Shown in pieces: positions 62,987 to 64,000 of a DNA stretch of 64,000 bases. Position numbers and translations under genes: made by a program. How positions within the stretch are numbered: the stretch's first letter is position 1; each line of letters begins with the position of its first letter. The DNA is taken from positions 54,936-118,935 of the forward strand of contig JBMNVU010000003.1 in the NCBI GenBank assembly GCA_050946975.1, given 5' to 3'. The notes below the pieces were generated by a model that was not told the DNA's origin, ran no database searches, and saw only the letters and a program-made list of their open reading frames with translations. This DNA is from Acutalibacter sp. GTDB taxonomy: Bacteria > Bacillota > Clostridia > Oscillospirales > Acutalibacteraceae.

Positions 62987-64000
62987 ATGTTGAAAATCAC
63001 TTTTATGGGCGCCGGAAGCACCGTTTTCGCCCGCAACGTGCTGGGCGACGTGATGTGCACCCCCGCTCTGCGGGAATGTGAGATCGCCCTCTATGACATC
63101 GACGGTGAGCGTCTGGACGAGAGCTATCGCATCCTCTCCACTATCAATCAGAATATCAATCAGGGCAAGGCTATCATCAAGACCTATCTGGGTGTGGAAA
63201 ACCGCAAGGAGGCCCTCAAGGGCGCCAAGTTTGTGGTCAACGCCATTCAGGTGGGTTTCTATGAGCCCTGCACTGTCATCGACTTTGAGATCCCCAAAAA
63301 GTACGGCCTGCGCCAGACCATTGCCGACACCCTGGGCATTGGCGGCATCATGCGGGCTCTGCGGACCATCCCCGTGCTGGAGGACTTCGCCCGGGATATG
63401 GAGGAGGTCTGCCCCGACGCCCTGTTCCTCAACTACACCAACCCCATGGCAATGCTCAGCGGCTATATGCAGCGCTACACCAACGTCAAAACCGTTGGCC
63501 TGTGCCACAGCGTTCAGGTCTGCTCCGAAAACCTGCTGAAGAGCTTGGGCATGGAGGACAAGCTGGAGGGCCGCAAAGAGCTGATCGCCGGCATCAACCA
63601 CATGGCTTGGCTGCTGTCCATTCAGGACAAGGACGGCAACGATCTCTACCCCGAAATCCGCAGGCGTGCCAAGGAGAAGAACGCCTCTGAGAAGCACGGC
63701 GATATGGTGCGCTTTGACTACATCGACAAGCTGGGCTACTACTGCACCGAGTCCAGCGAACATAACGCCGAGTACAACTGCTTCTACATCAAAGACAAGT
63801 ATCCGGAGCTCATTGACCGGTTCAACATCCCCCTGGACGAGTATCCCCGCCGCTGTGTCAACCAGATCAAGGGCTGGAAAGAGATGAGCGAAAAGCTCCT
63901 TTCCGACAAGGAGCTGGGTCATGATCGCTCCAAGGAATACGCCTCCTACATCATGGAAGCTGTCATCACCGGCAACCCCATTCAGATCGGCGGCAACGTG
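62987..64000 (+). CDS. GH4 alpha-galactosidase/alpha-glucosidase (NAD+/Mn2+-dependent); C-terminal end cut by window edge
   Basis: Hand translation from ATG at 62987 (AGGAGG 7 nt upstream): MLKITFMGAGSTVFARNVLGD...FLNYTNPMAM...VGLCHSV...INHMAWLL. It is open to the window end, so absent from the ORF track. The minus ORF 62963..63922 is its shadow. Confidence 0.85.
   Translation, partial: MLKITFMGAGSTVFARNVLGDVMCTPALRECEIALYDIDGERLDESYRILSTINQNINQGKAIIKTYLGVENRKEALKGAKFVVNAIQVGFYEPCTVIDFEIPKKYGLRQTIADTLGIGGIMRALRTIPVLEDFARDMEEVCPDALFLNYTNPMAMLSGYMQRYTNVKTVGLCHSVQVCSENLLKSLGMEDKLEGRKELIAGINHMAWLLSIQDKDGNDLYPEIRRRAKEKNASEKHGDMVRFDYIDKLGYYCTESSEHNAEYNCFYIKDKYPELIDRFNIPLDEYPRRCVNQIKGWKEMSEKLLSDKELGHDRSKEYASYIMEAVITGNPIQIGGNV

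Noticed and set aside
62963-63922. Minus-strand ORF of 319 aa
   Set aside because: It is antisense to the GH4 alpha-galactosidase, which is open-ended and therefore missing from the ORF track. The + frame shows the GH4 motifs.
1-64000. Search for CRISPR arrays, IS elements, integrases, prophage genes, rRNA operons, toxin-antitoxin pairs or known defence systems
   Set aside because: No direct-repeat/spacer array, terminal inverted repeats, transposase or recombinase motifs, or rRNA-like sequence was seen. The only repeats found are short operator-like boxes and terminator stems.

Overview
High-GC (about 58-60% by eye) chromosomal window. Gene content and AGGAGG-type ribosome-binding sites (RBS) fit a spore-forming Clostridia-class Firmicute: BofA, DUF3783, DUF4317, DUF3793, DUF2325, and a split PurH with a PurO-type IMP cyclohydrolase. 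The species cannot be determined from the sequence alone. The window is densely coding with housekeeping and metabolic genes. These include nagA, rnr, murD, rlmD, nfo, a P-type Ca/cation ATPase, azlCD, a rhamnose cluster (AraC regulator plus rhaB-rhaA-rhaD) and mtgA. Also present are yaaA, a CcdA-thioredoxin fusion, a DtxR-family repressor, TrkH/KtrB, and queT behind a preQ1-I riboswitch. Further genes are a GH3 glycosidase, a yeiH/LysR pair, ispDF, uxaC, a purine cluster (purE..purM-purN-IMPCH-AICARFT..purD), a GH4 alpha-galactosidase with an AraC regulator, and two tRNAs (Leu-TAG and a CAT-anticodon tRNA). I found no rRNA, CRISPR array, transposase, integrase or phage genes, and no recognisable defence or toxin-antitoxin system. 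Many long ORFs in the supplied track are antisense shadows typical of high-GC DNA. Many real genes start downstream of the longest ORF, at ATG, GTG or TTG codons preceded by an RBS. Five items seem most worth following up. (1) A self-contained DUF2325-DUF3793-(Cys-rich TM+HMA) operon sits behind twin 18-nt DtxR-like boxes. (2) An 843-aa fusion joins a xylose-isomerase-like TIM barrel to an AMP-forming acyl-CoA ligase, next to a Gfo/Idh/MocA oxidoreductase. (3) An orphan FapA(DUF342)-CheX-CheY module has no other motility genes nearby. (4) An ORF-free, GC-rich segment of about 230 nt is bracketed by two strong terminators upstream of purE. (5) A HAD-fold protein with all catalytic acidic residues replaced is embedded in the pur cluster. 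All functional calls rest on recognised motifs and family resemblance read by eye. No database search was run.
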